Assembly (NCBI GenBank): GCA_963707915.1
Contig: OY970178.1
Coordinates: 1,824,001 to 1,888,000 of the forward strand
Length of the DNA: 64,000 bases
Source of the DNA: Candidatus Eiseniibacteriota bacterium
GTDB lineage: Bacteria; Eisenbacteria; RBG-16-71-46
Direction: 5' to 3'
Part shown: positions 10,145 through 19,507 of the stretch, in pieces
Numbering within the stretch: position 1 is the first letter of the stretch
Layout of the letters: the number at the start of each line of letters is the position of its first letter
Program-made: the position numbers and the translations under genes
The notes under the pieces: model-generated
What the model was told of the DNA's origin: nothing
What the model saw: only the letters and a program-made list of their open reading frames with translations
The model's database searches: none

Positions 10145-13100
10145 ATGTCCCCGACGAAACGCCACCGGACCATCCGGACCCAACTCGGCAGGTTGGTCCT
10201 GGTGGTCGCGCTTCCCCTGCTCGGACTCCTGACGCTCGCGATCGTCCTCGCCGCGCAGGAGGCTCGACGCGAGGCGCTGCGGTCGAGCCTGAGACTGGCC
10301 CAACTGGGGGCCGCGCAGGTCCACGGGACGCTGGACGAGGCCTGGGCGCTCCTCGACGAGATCGCGGGGCGGCCACTGGTGCGCGAGGCGCGGCGCGGGC
10401 GCTGCGATCCCGTCTTCGAGGGCCGCACGGCCCTGCCTCGATCGCTCGGCGGCATCCTGCTCGCCGCCCCGGACGGGACCCCGCTGTGCTCGACCACGCC
10501 CACCCAGGAGTCCGACCTCGTGCTCCCCGCCGTGACCGAGTGCCTGGCGCGGGCGCAGCGAAGCGGCCGCCTGGTCATCGGTCCGCCGTTCGTCGCCCGG
10601 GCCACGGGCGCGCGGGTCGTCCTGCTGGCCCGGCCCGTGCGCAACGATGCCGGACGAACCGTGGCGACGCTGGGGATCCTCCTTCGAGTCGATCGCTGGA
10701 CGCCACGCCTGACCGTCGCCGGACTCCCGGAGGGCGGCGCGATCACGGTGCTCGACGGCGAAGGAACGATCATCGCAAGCGTGCCGGATTCCGGGCGATG
10801 GGTGGGATTGGCGACGCGGAGCGCCGAAGTCTCGCGGCTCGCGCTCCGGAGCCGGGAAGGCGTGGGGGAAGTCCGTGGCCTCGATGGCATCGTACGTTTC
10901 TATGGCTACACGACCATCCACGAAGCCGGCTGGAGAGTCGTCGCCGGCGTGCCGCCGTTCTCGGTCCTGGCGCCCTACACCAGCCAGGCGCTCCGATTCG
11001 CGATCGTCTGCCTCGCCATCCTCGTCATCTCCGCCCTGTTCGCGCTCGACATCGGCCGCCGGATCGAGCGCCCGCTCCGCGCCCTGACGGCCACGGCGCG
11101 CGCGGTGGCCGACGGGAAGGCGGAAGCCCGGGCGACCGAGGAAGGCACGGCGGAGACCCGGGAGGTCGCCGCGCAATTCAACCGGATGCTCTCGACGCAG
11201 GAGGAGGCCAGGGTCGCCTTGCGCGCCCAGCTCGCGCTCTCGGAGGAGGCCCGACGCGAGACCAAGGCCATCCACGACCGCCAGACGGTGCTGCTCGAAC
11301 GCGTGACCGACGGCTTCGTGGCCCTGGACCCCGATTGGCGCATCACGTTCGCGAACGAGACGGCCGGGCGGTTGCTGGGCCGCAGCCCCCGCGACCTGGT
11401 CGGCAGGAACATCTGGACCGAGTTCCCCGGCACCGGGGTCCGGGGGGGCTTCCAGGAGGCCTGTCACCGTGCGCTCGAGCAGCAGGTCTCCGTGCGGTTC
11501 GAGGGGGAATACCTGGACTCGGGACGGTGGCTCGAGAACCGGATCTTCCCGTCTCCGGACGGCCTCACGATCTTCTTCGCCGATGTCACCGAGCGGAGGA
11601 GGGCGAACGCGGAACGCCTCGAGGCCGCCTCCCGGCTCCAGCTCGCCGTCCGCGCAGGGAACGTCGGCCTGTGGAGCTGGGACCTGCGCACCGACCACGT
11701 CTGGTACTCCCCGGAGTGGAAGTTACAGCTCGGGTACGGCGTCGACGAGATCACGAGCGAGTTCGGCGAATGGGAGACGCGCGTCCACCCCGACGACCTC
11801 GCCCGGGCCAGGGCCACCGTCGCCGCCTACCTGGCGGCCCCGCATCCGAACTACGAGCTCGAGTGCCGCCTGCGGCACCGCGACGGCACCTATCGCAGGA
11901 TCCTGGCCCGGGCCGAAGTGCTGAAGGACGCCGCGGGCAATCCCACGCACTTGCTCGGGTGCCACAGCGACGTCACCAGGCTCAGACAGGACGAGGAGAC
12001 CCTGCGCCGCGCGAACCGGGCCCTGCGCGTGCTCAACGCCTGCGACCAGGCGGTGGTGCGCGCCAGGACCGAAGCCGAGCTGCTGCCCGAAGTGTGCCGC
12101 ATCGTGCTGACCCTCGGCCGCTACGGGGTCGCGTGGATCTCCTTCGCGGTGCAGGACGAGGCGCGGACCGCGCGCGTCGTCGCCCGGGCCGGCGACCGAC
12201 AGGGCTATCTCGACGAGGTGAGCCTCACCTGGGCGGACACGCCGCTGGGGCGCGGGCCTACGGGCACGGCCATCCGCACCGGACGGCCCTGCGTCGTGCA
12301 CGGCATCGCGACGGATCCCGGTTACGCGCCCTGGCGCGCCGCCGCGGTCCAGAGCGGCCTGGTCTCGTCCATCGCGCTGCCGCTCGTCGCCGAAGGTCGG
12401 ACCCTGGGGGCACTGACGGTCTGTGCCACCGAGCCGGACGCCTTCGACGGGCAGGTGATCCGGCTCCTGACGGAGCTCGCGGACAACCTGGCCTTCGGCA
12501 TCACGGCGCTGCGCACGCGCGCGGAGCGCGAGAGGATCGCGAACGAACTCGGCGAGCGCAACCGCGAACTGACCAAGATCGGCGAGATCGTCGCCGCCAC
12601 CGCCACGAACCTCGACCTGCCGACCGCCCTCGACCGCGTCGTGCGCGGGGCCGTCGAGCTGACCGGCCTCGAGGGCGGCGCGATCTGCCTGCTGGATCCC
12701 GCGGGACGATCGCTCCGACTCGAGACCGAGTTCGACGATTCCCCCGAGGCGGTCCCCGAACTCGCCACCACCGGGATCGAGGTCGGCACGGGCCTGTGCG
12801 GAAGATGCGCGGTCGTCCGCGAGCCGATCATCACGTGGGACGACGCCTCCGGGCGTCGCGCCGCGGCCGGGGCGAAGGCCCCTCGCGCGGGCGTCCGATT
12901 CCACGCCGCCTTCCCCTTGATGGCCAAGGACCGTTGCATCGGCGTCCTGTGCGTCTTCGCGAGGGGCCCGGTGAAGCCGACCGAACGCAGCCTCCAGGTG
13001 GTGCGCGAGCTCTGCGGCCCGATCGGGCTGGTCATTGAGAACGCCCGGCTGTTCCGGACCGCGAACCGGGAACTGACCGAGCGCCGACAGGGGGAGGAAC

Positions 13101-13810
13101 GCGAGCGCCATCTCCAGGGGCGCCTGCGCCGCGCCGAGACCATGTCGGCCCTGGGCTCGGTGGTGGCCAGCGTCGCGCACGAGGTGCGAAACCCGCTGTT
13201 CGGCATCTCCTCGACCCTCGACGCGTTCGAGGCCAGCCACGGCAAGGACGGGGACCACGCGCGCTACCTGAAGGTGTTGCGCGGCGAGACCGACCACCTC
13301 AACCGGCTGATGCAGGACCTGCTGAACTACGGTCGACCGCGCACCCTCGGTCTCGCGGCCGTCCCCCTGCGACCGCTGGTGGCGGGGCTGACCCGGGCGT
13401 GCGAGTCGCTGGCGGGCGATGCCGGCGTCACCATCGAGAACCGCGTCGGGCAGGCCCTGCCTTCCCTGCGGGCCGACCCCGACCTGGTCTTCGTGGCCCT
13501 CAAGAACCTGGTGGAGAACGCGATCCACCACTCTCCGCGCGGCGGGAAGGTGGTGGTGGACGCCGCCGAGGTCCCGGGAGACGGCGAGGGCTGGATCCGC
13601 TGCGAAGTCCGCGATTCCGGCCCGGGCTTCCCGGAGGAGGACCTGCCGAGGATCTACGACCCGTTCTTCTCCCGGCGGGCCGGCGGAACGGGGCTGGGGC
13701 TCTCCATCGTCCAGCGCATCGTCGAGGAACACGGCGGGAACGTCGTGGCCGGAGGCGGTCCGGAAGGCGGCGCGGTCGTCTCGCTGATCCTGCGTTCCAT
13801 GAAGGTCTGA
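10145..13810 (+). CDS. Multi-sensor histidine kinase (TM-Cache-HAMP-PAS-PAS-GAF-GAF-HisKA-HATPase)
   Basis: Two TM helices, PAS/PAC and GAF signatures, HEVRNPL H-box, DSGPG and GTGLGL G-boxes. Confidence 0.92.
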   Translation: MSPTKRHRTIRTQLGRLVLVVALPLLGLLTLAIVLAAQEARREALRSSLRLAQLGAAQVHGTLDEAWALLDEIAGRPLVREARRGRCDPVFEGRTALPRSLGGILLAAPDGTPLCSTTPTQESDLVLPAVTECLARAQRSGRLVIGPPFVARATGARVVLLARPVRNDAGRTVATLGILLRVDRWTPRLTVAGLPEGGAITVLDGEGTIIASVPDSGRWVGLATRSAEVSRLALRSREGVGEVRGLDGIVRFYGYTTIHEAGWRVVAGVPPFSVLAPYTSQALRFAIVCLAILVISALFALDIGRRIERPLRALTATARAVADGKAEARATEEGTAETREVAAQFNRMLSTQEEARVALRAQLALSEEARRETKAIHDRQTVLLERVTDGFVALDPDWRITFANETAGRLLGRSPRDLVGRNIWTEFPGTGVRGGFQEACHRALEQQVSVRFEGEYLDSGRWLENRIFPSPDGLTIFFADVTERRRANAERLEAASRLQLAVRAGNVGLWSWDLRTDHVWYSPEWKLQLGYGVDEITSEFGEWETRVHPDDLARARATVAAYLAAPHPNYELECRLRHRDGTYRRILARAEVLKDAAGNPTHLLGCHSDVTRLRQDEETLRRANRALRVLNACDQAVVRARTEAELLPEVCRIVLTLGRYGVAWISFAVQDEARTARVVARAGDRQGYLDEVSLTWADTPLGRGPTGTAIRTGRPCVVHGIATDPGYAPWRAAAVQSGLVSSIALPLVAEGRTLGALTVCATEPDAFDGQVIRLLTELADNLAFGITALRTRAERERIANELGERNRELTKIGEIVAATATNLDLPTALDRVVRGAVELTGLEGGAICLLDPAGRSLRLETEFDDSPEAVPELATTGIEVGTGLCGRCAVVREPIITWDDASGRRAAAGAKAPRAGVRFHAAFPLMAKDRCIGVLCVFARGPVKPTERSLQVVRELCGPIGLVIENARLFRTANRELTERRQGEERERHLQGRLRRAETMSALGSVVASVAHEVRNPLFGISSTLDAFEASHGKDGDHARYLKVLRGETDHLNRLMQDLLNYGRPRTLGLAAVPLRPLVAGLTRACESLAGDAGVTIENRVGQALPSLRADPDLVFVALKNLVENAIHHSPRGGKVVVDAAEVPGDGEGWIRCEVRDSGPGFPEEDLPRIYDPFFSRRAGGTGLGLSIVQRIVEEHGGNVVAGGGPEGGAVVSLILRSMKV

Positions 13811-13845
13811 GGCGCGACGCACCCGATCGAGCGGAGAGGGAACCG

Positions 13846-15195
13846 ATGCCGAAGAGACTGATCCTGGTGGTGGACGACGAAGAGGGGGCGCGCTTCGGCA
13901 TCCGCGAGTTCCTCGTGGCGCACGGCTTCGAGGTCGACGAGGCCGCGTCCTGCGCCGTGGCCGACGAGCTGTTTCGGACCCGTTCCCCCGACGCGGTGGT
14001 GCTCGACTTCCAACTGCCCGACGGCACGGCGCTCGACCTGATCCCCCGCCTGCGGGCGATGGACCCGGCCGTCCCGGTGCTGATCCTCACCGCCTACGGG
14101 ACGATCGAGCGCGCGGTGGAGAGCATCCAGGGCGGAGCGGACCAGTTCCTCACCAAGCCGGTCGAGCTCCCGGCGCTGCTCACGGTGCTCGAGCGGTTGC
14201 TCGCGGACCGGCGCATGCGGCAGCGGCAGAGCGCGCGACGCGCCCGGGAGGACGCGGCCGCGCAGGATCCGTTCCTCGGGACCAGCGCGGCCATCCACCA
14301 CCTGGCCGATGAAGCCCGGCGCGCCCTCGCGAGCGAGAGTCCCATCTTCATCCAGGGCGAGACGGGCAGCGGGAAGGGCGTGCTCGCCGCGTGGCTTCAC
14401 CGCAACGGCACGCGCGCGGACGAGCCCTTCGTGGACCTGAACTGCGCCGGGCTCTCCCGGGAGCTGCTCGAGTCGGAGCTCTTCGGCCACGACCGGGGGG
14501 CCTTCACCGACGCCACGACCAGCAAGCCGGGCCTGCTCGAGGTCGCCCACCACGGCGTGGTGTTCCTGGACGAGGTGGGCGACATGGACACCGCGGTGCA
14601 GGCCAAGCTGCTCAAGGTGATCGAGGAGAAGCGATTCCGCCGGCTCGGGGAGGTCCGCGACCGGCGGGTGGACATCCAGCTGGTCGCGGCGACGCACCAG
14701 GACCTGTCCGCGCTGGTGCGGGAGAAGCGCTTCCGCGAGGACCTGTACTACCGGCTGCACGTGCTCTCGCTGCGCATCCCGCCGTTGCGCGAGCGCGTCG
14801 AGGACATCCCGATCATCGCCTGCCGCCTGCTCGCCATGCTCGCGGCCGAGCTGGGCAGGACCGGGATCTCGCTCTCCCCCGACGCGGATGCCAGGCTCAC
14901 CGCCCACCCGTGGCCCGGCAACGTGCGGGAGCTGCGCAACGTGCTCGAGCGCGCGGTCCTTCGATGCGACGGCCCCATGATCGCGGCGCGCCACATCCTG
15001 CTCGACGGGCCACTGGCAGACGGTGCGCCACCCCCCGAGGCCGACCTCACGCTCGAGGAGGCGGAGCACCGCCACATCGCGCGGGCGCTCGCGGCCGAGG
15101 GCGGCCACGTCGAGCGCGCCGCGCGCCGGCTCGGCGTGCCGCGCAGTTCGCTCTACGAGCGGATCAAGAGGCTCGGCCTCACTCCGCCCTACTGA
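13846..15195 (+). CDS. Sigma-54-dependent response regulator (NtrC family: REC-AAA+-Fis HTH)
   Basis: VVDDE, VVLDF, GETGSGKG, ESELFGH, GAFTDA, FLDEV, WPGNVREL, C-terminal HTH; GGAGAGG RBS. Confidence 0.93.
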   Translation: MPKRLILVVDDEEGARFGIREFLVAHGFEVDEAASCAVADELFRTRSPDAVVLDFQLPDGTALDLIPRLRAMDPAVPVLILTAYGTIERAVESIQGGADQFLTKPVELPALLTVLERLLADRRMRQRQSARRAREDAAAQDPFLGTSAAIHHLADEARRALASESPIFIQGETGSGKGVLAAWLHRNGTRADEPFVDLNCAGLSRELLESELFGHDRGAFTDATTSKPGLLEVAHHGVVFLDEVGDMDTAVQAKLLKVIEEKRFRRLGEVRDRRVDIQLVAATHQDLSALVREKRFREDLYYRLHVLSLRIPPLRERVEDIPIIACRLLAMLAAELGRTGISLSPDADARLTAHPWPGNVRELRNVLERAVLRCDGPMIAARHILLDGPLADGAPPPEADLTLEEAEHRHIARALAAEGGHVERAARRLGVPRSSLYERIKRLGLTPPY

Positions 15196-15203
15196 GCCTC
15201 GTC

Positions 15204-15238
15204 GTCCAGTCCTCGGATTCGGGGTCCGGGGTCCGGAC
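15204..15238. promoter_or_regulatory. Tandem palindromes, candidate enhancer (UAS) for the NtrC-type activator
   Basis: GTCC-N7-GGAT (15204-15218) and GTCCGG-N3-CCGGAC (15224-15238), 20 bp apart, ~100 bp upstream of a -24/-12 element. Confidence 0.55.
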
Positions 15239-15337
15239 GGCCGCGCCCTCCCGCACCGGCTCCCTTTCGCGGCGCGGGGCCCCCAACGCCCTGCGACGCC
15301 GTGCGTTCGCGCACGGCATCGCGGGGTGACCCGCGTT

Positions 15338-15352
15338 TGGCAGGACGCTTGC
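15338..15352 (+). promoter_or_regulatory. Sigma-54 (-24/-12) promoter
   Basis: TGGCAGGACGCTTGC matches TGGCACG-N4-TTGC with exact GG-N10-GC spacing. Confidence 0.75.
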
Positions 15353-15366
15353 GTCGTAGCGTCGGC

Positions 15367-15750
15367 ATGAGCCCCAGGCTGCTGATCGTCGAGGACGACG
15401 AGGCCACCCTGTCCGTCATGCATGACATCTTCCGGGCGGACGGCTTCGAGGTGGACGGCGTCCATCGCCTGCAGGAAGCGCGGGCGTTGCACGCCGAGCG
15501 GCGGTACGCCTGCGTGATCACCGGTCTGTCCCTGGGCGCCCGGTCGAACGAGGACGGCTTCGAGGTCGCGGCGGCCGCGCGATCACGCGATCCCGCCGCG
15601 CCGGTCATCCTGCTCGCCGACGACGGCACGCCCTCGGTCGTGCAGCGAGCCCGGCAGAGCGGCGTGTACGCCGTTCTGCTCAAGCCGCTGCCCGTGTCCG
15701 AGATCGCCCGGGTCGTGCGCGAGTCGACCCGAATCGAGATCGCCGGGTGA
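15367..15750 (+). CDS. Single-domain pseudo-receiver protein
   Basis: LLIVEDD and LLKP retained; phospho-acceptor Asp replaced (VITGL) and switch Thr replaced (VILLA). Confidence 0.8.
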   Translation: MSPRLLIVEDDEATLSVMHDIFRADGFEVDGVHRLQEARALHAERRYACVITGLSLGARSNEDGFEVAAAARSRDPAAPVILLADDGTPSVVQRARQSGVYAVLLKPLPVSEIARVVRESTRIEIAG

Positions 15751-15808
15751 TGATGTCGCCGCGCGCCGCTCACCCGGTTCCAGGGAGCTTGCGAAAGGTG
15801 GTCCATTG

Positions 15809-16555
15809 ATGGCGCAGCGACGCGAGGCAAGGAAGCCGGCGTGCCGCTCGACGGGCCCGCACGGGATCATCGGCCGCGCCCGCAGTCGTTCCACGTCGAC
15901 GCGGATCCTCCTGGCCGTCCCGACGCGGCTCTATTCCGAGGCGATCCAGGCGGCGCTCTCGCCCGTGGCGGGTCTCGAGGTCGTCGGCCGGGCCAGGACC
16001 ACGGCGGAGATCACCGGCTCGGTCGAGCGGTCCTCGCCCGACATCCTGCTCATGGACCTCACGGCCGAGCTGATCCTCCGGCTCGAACTCGCGGCGACGT
16101 TGATGCGGACCCATCCCGGGTTGCGCGTGATCGGCATGCTCCCGGTGCTCCGTGCGCGCCACGCGGAGCTGGTCCTCCGCGTCCACCTGGCGGGGCTGCT
16201 CCACCCGAACGCCGAAGCGGACGAGTTCATCCTGGCCATCGCGGAGGTGTCGGCGGGGCGAACCTACCTGAGCCGCGGCTACGCGGACGACCTGCGCAAG
16301 CGGTTCGCGGGCCGGGAGCCGGCGACCGACCGGAGAACGCGGGAGAGCCTGAGCGAGCGGGAGGCGGAGGTGCTGCACCTGGTCGCCCGCGGCTTCACCA
16401 GTCGCGAGGTCGGGGAGCGGCTCTTCATCAGTCCGCGCACGGTCGAGAACCACCTCGCGGGGCTCTACCGCAAGCTGCGCCTGAACGACGGCCACCAGTT
16501 GTCGTGTGCCGTCTACCAGGACGAAGAAGCCGTCCCACCGTACGGAGAGGACTAG
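15809..16555 (+). CDS. NarL/LuxR-family regulator with degenerate receiver domain
   Basis: LSEREAEVLHLVARGFTSREVGERLFISPRTVENH LuxR HTH; PDILLMD present; acidic pocket and Lys missing. Confidence 0.85.
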   Translation: MAQRREARKPACRSTGPHGIIGRARSRSTSTRILLAVPTRLYSEAIQAALSPVAGLEVVGRARTTAEITGSVERSSPDILLMDLTAELILRLELAATLMRTHPGLRVIGMLPVLRARHAELVLRVHLAGLLHPNAEADEFILAIAEVSAGRTYLSRGYADDLRKRFAGREPATDRRTRESLSEREAEVLHLVARGFTSREVGERLFISPRTVENHLAGLYRKLRLNDGHQLSCAVYQDEEAVPPYGED

Positions 16556-16581
16556 CGCCGCTCCAGCACCGAGAGGGAACC

Positions 16582-16950
16582 ATGGACAAGTTCGGGGCGA
16601 TCAGGAGAATCGCGAGGGCGGCACTGCACCTGCGCGATTCCGAGCTGCAGGGCGCGTTGGCCACGCTCCAGGCGGCGCGCGTTCGACCCGCGGAGGAGGC
16701 TGCCCCGCAGCGGCGGCCGGCGCCGGGGCCCGGGCAGTGGCTGCGCCCCCGGGAGGAGTTGAGCTTCCGTCACGACGTCCTCTGGCGAAGGGACGGCGAC
16801 CTGGAGTCGGGTCCCCTCTGCCCGGCCTGCTGGGGCCGGGAGCACCGCGCCGTTCTCATGCAGGCGCGTGCCGGGAGTTGGTCGTGCCCGGCGTGCGATC
16901 GGGACGTGCGGATGCCCGGCTTCCCGGAGGGCGGCCTGGCTCGAAGCTGA
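16582..16950 (+). CDS. Small hypothetical protein with Zn-ribbon (CPAC...CPAC)
   Basis: GAGAGGGA RBS, ATG 16582; GPLCPACW...WSCPACD. Confidence 0.65.
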   Translation: MDKFGAIRRIARAALHLRDSELQGALATLQAARVRPAEEAAPQRRPAPGPGQWLRPREELSFRHDVLWRRDGDLESGPLCPACWGREHRAVLMQARAGSWSCPACDRDVRMPGFPEGGLARS

Positions 16951-16992
16951 GCGCGTCGCGCCGCTTCCGGCGGCGGGAGGAAGGCCCGGGGC

Positions 16993-18963
16993 TCAGTCGG
17001 CGGGCGCCACGGTCCGCCCGGCCGGCAGGGCGGCGCCCGCGTCCGGCGCGGCATCCGGCACATCGAGCAGCCCGCGCACCTCGCGCAGGAGGCTGTCCGG
17101 CGTGAACGGCTTCTGCAGGAACCTCCGCCTCGGCTGCAGCGCGCCCTGCCGTCCGACCAGGTCGTCCGTGTACCCGGAGATGAACAGGACGCACATCTCC
17201 GGGCGGCCCGGCGCCAGGGCGCGGGCCAGCTCGATGCCGCTCATCCCCGGCATCACCACGTCGGTGACCAGCAGGTGGACGAAACCGGTGTGGCGCTTCA
17301 GCCGCGCCAGCGCCTCGCGCCCATTGACGAACTCCATCACCTGGTAGCCGTTCCTGCGCAGTACCTCGGCCACCAGGTTCCTCACCAGCGGCTCGTCCTC
17401 GACCAGCACGACGGTCTCGTCGCCGCGGGCCTCGTCCGGCGCCAGCTTCGCGGTCCGCGCCGCGGGCGCCGCCTCCGCACGGGGCAGGGTGATCTCGAAG
17501 CGGCTCCCGCGCCCCCGCTCGCTGGACACGAAGACATTGCCCCCGCACTGGCGCACGACGGCGTAGACACTGGAGAGCCCGAGCCCGGTCCTCCTGCCCG
17601 GCTCCTTGGTCGTGAAGAAGGGTTCGAAGAGTCGGGCCTGCGTGGCCGCGTCCATGCCCTGCCCGGTGTCGGTCACGGCCAGCATGACGTAGGGCCCGGG
17701 CTGCACCGCGCGGCGGCGCGCGGCGGCGGCGTCGAACTCCACGTTCGCCGTCTCGATCGTGAGTCGGCCACCCTGGGGCATGGCGTCGCGTGCGTTCGCC
17801 GCCAGGTCCATGAGCATCTGCTCGACCTGGCCGGGATCCACGCGGGTCGGGTCGAGGCCGGGCGCGAGCATCAGGGTGAGCTCGATCCCCGCGCCGATGA
17901 GCTGGCGGAGCGGCTCGAGCTGTGCGCCGATGACGGGGTTGAGGTCCACGGGTCGCGGGCTCAGCACCTGCCTGCGTCCGAACGTGAGGAGCTGCTGCGT
18001 CAGGTTCGCGGCGCGCTCCGCCGCGCGCTTGATCTCGGCCACCTCCTGGTGGAGAACGTGATCGTCCGCGAGCTGGTCGAGCAGCAGGTTGCCGTAGCCG
18101 AGGATCACGGTGAGCAGGTCGTTGAAATCGTGCGCCACGCCGCCGGCGAGGCGACCGACCGCTTCCAGCTTCTGGGCCCGTTGCAGCTGGGCCTCGAGCT
18201 GGATGCGCTCGGTGACGTCCCTCCCGGTGGTGACCAGGCCGGTCTTGCCGCCGGGCTCGACGATGCGCGCCGCGCTGCCCTCGACGATGCGCCAGGTGCC
18301 GTCGCGGTGACGGAAGCGCAGCCCGGTGAGGGGCGGGCTGGCCCCGCGGATCAGCACCTCCTCCAGGGCCCGCGCCAGGATCCCGGCGTCGTCCTCGTGG
18401 ACGAACTCGCGCAGCCTGCGGCCCAGGACCTCCGCAGGCGGGTACCCGAGCACGCGGGCGACGGAAGGGCTCGCGAAGGTGACGACCCCCTGGTCGTCCT
18501 GCAGCACGATCATGTCGGCGGAGTTCTCGACCAGCAACCGGTAGCGCTCCTCGCTGGTGTCGAGCGCCGCCGTCGCCGCGCGCCGCTGGAAGGCGTCGCG
18601 CAGCTCGCGCTCGACCACGGGACCGAGCCGGAGCAGGTTGTCCTTGGTCAGGTAGTCGCTGGCCCCCGCCCTCATGCAGGCCACGGCCTGCTCCTCGCCG
18701 ATGTGGCCCGAGACCACGATGAACGGCAGGTCCTGCCCGCTGCGCCGGAGGACCGCCAGCGCGCCGGGGGCGTCGAATCGCGGCATCGAGTGGTCGGCGA
18801 TGACCAGGTCCCAGCTCTCGTCGGCCAGCGCCTGGCGCATCGCCTCCGCGGTCTCCACGACCCAGTGGTCGGGAGTGAACCCGCTGCGGCGGAGCTCGTG
18901 GAGGACGAGGTCCACGTCGTCGCGGGAGTCTTCCACGAAGAGGACGCGCACCGGGACGCTCAT
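16993..18963 (-). CDS. Hybrid sensor kinase (REC-PAS-HisKA-HATPase-REC)
   Basis: VLFVEDS, LVIADH, GGVAHDFND, NARDAM, DTGQG, PFFTTK, LLVTDVVMP, LQKPF. Confidence 0.92.
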   Translation of the reverse strand: MSVPVRVLFVEDSRDDVDLVLHELRRSGFTPDHWVVETAEAMRQALADESWDLVIADHSMPRFDAPGALAVLRRSGQDLPFIVVSGHIGEEQAVACMRAGASDYLTKDNLLRLGPVVERELRDAFQRRAATAALDTSEERYRLLVENSADMIVLQDDQGVVTFASPSVARVLGYPPAEVLGRRLREFVHEDDAGILARALEEVLIRGASPPLTGLRFRHRDGTWRIVEGSAARIVEPGGKTGLVTTGRDVTERIQLEAQLQRAQKLEAVGRLAGGVAHDFNDLLTVILGYGNLLLDQLADDHVLHQEVAEIKRAAERAANLTQQLLTFGRRQVLSPRPVDLNPVIGAQLEPLRQLIGAGIELTLMLAPGLDPTRVDPGQVEQMLMDLAANARDAMPQGGRLTIETANVEFDAAAARRRAVQPGPYVMLAVTDTGQGMDAATQARLFEPFFTTKEPGRRTGLGLSSVYAVVRQCGGNVFVSSERGRGSRFEITLPRAEAAPAARTAKLAPDEARGDETVVLVEDEPLVRNLVAEVLRRNGYQVMEFVNGREALARLKRHTGFVHLLVTDVVMPGMSGIELARALAPGRPEMCVLFISGYTDDLVGRQGALQPRRRFLQKPFTPDSLLREVRGLLDVPDAAPDAGAALPAGRTVAPAD

Positions 18964-19201
18964 GGCGATGCGGCCCCCGGTGTCGGGGAGGCGCCGGGCC
19001 CGCACCCGGTCCCGAATGACGTGGCGGCGATCATCCCGAGGGACCCCGAGGTCGAAGGCGGTTTCGAAGGGCGCGGGCGGGGCGCCCGCAACCCCGGCAT
19101 TGTCCTACCGGTTGCTCCATTCACCTAGCCGAAACCGGCCCGCGGCGGCCGCGCCCGACGCGGTCACCCGCCGCCACCGGCCCCGGCTGCCCGAGTCCGG
19201 C

Positions 19202-19507
19202 CTACGCAGCCGAGGAGTGCGACTCCAGGCCTCCGGGGGACTGTTCCTTCGGACCCGATGAGGCCGCGTTGCCGCCGCCGCTGCGGCCCCTTCCGGAGCT
19301 CTTGCCTCCGGCCCGACCGATGCGGGACATGTGATCCCGGTCCCGGCTCACCGACACGCCGCCCTTGCGGCCCGCGGCGCGTGCCTCGTCCGCCGTGAAC
19401 TCGTGCGCAGTACCCTTTTCATGGGCAGCCCGGCCGCCTCGCCGGGCGATCTCCCGTTGCTTGTCGCTATCCATCCCGGCGAATCCACCCCGTTCACGCC
19501 CTGCCAT
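19202..19507 (-). CDS. KGG-repeat general stress protein (YciG/GsiB-like)
   Basis: GFAGMDSDKQREIARRGG, HEFTADEARAAGRKGG, HMSRIGRAGG; GGAGG RBS. Confidence 0.9.
   Translation of the reverse strand: MAGRERGGFAGMDSDKQREIARRGGRAAHEKGTAHEFTADEARAAGRKGGVSVSRDRDHMSRIGRAGGKSSGRGRSGGGNAASSGPKEQSPGGLESHSSAA

Noticed and set aside
9846..10376. N-terminal 177 aa of the 820-aa ORF
   Set aside because: Overlaps the divergent kinase gene and the intergenic region; low-complexity Arg/Pro/Gly; ATG 9845 fits the domain start better
17790..18140. Asn-to-Asp changes in the hybrid kinase (HDFND, MDLAANARD) suggesting a pseudokinase
   Set aside because: Phospho-His, the key N-box Asn and the G-boxes are retained; within plausible family variation
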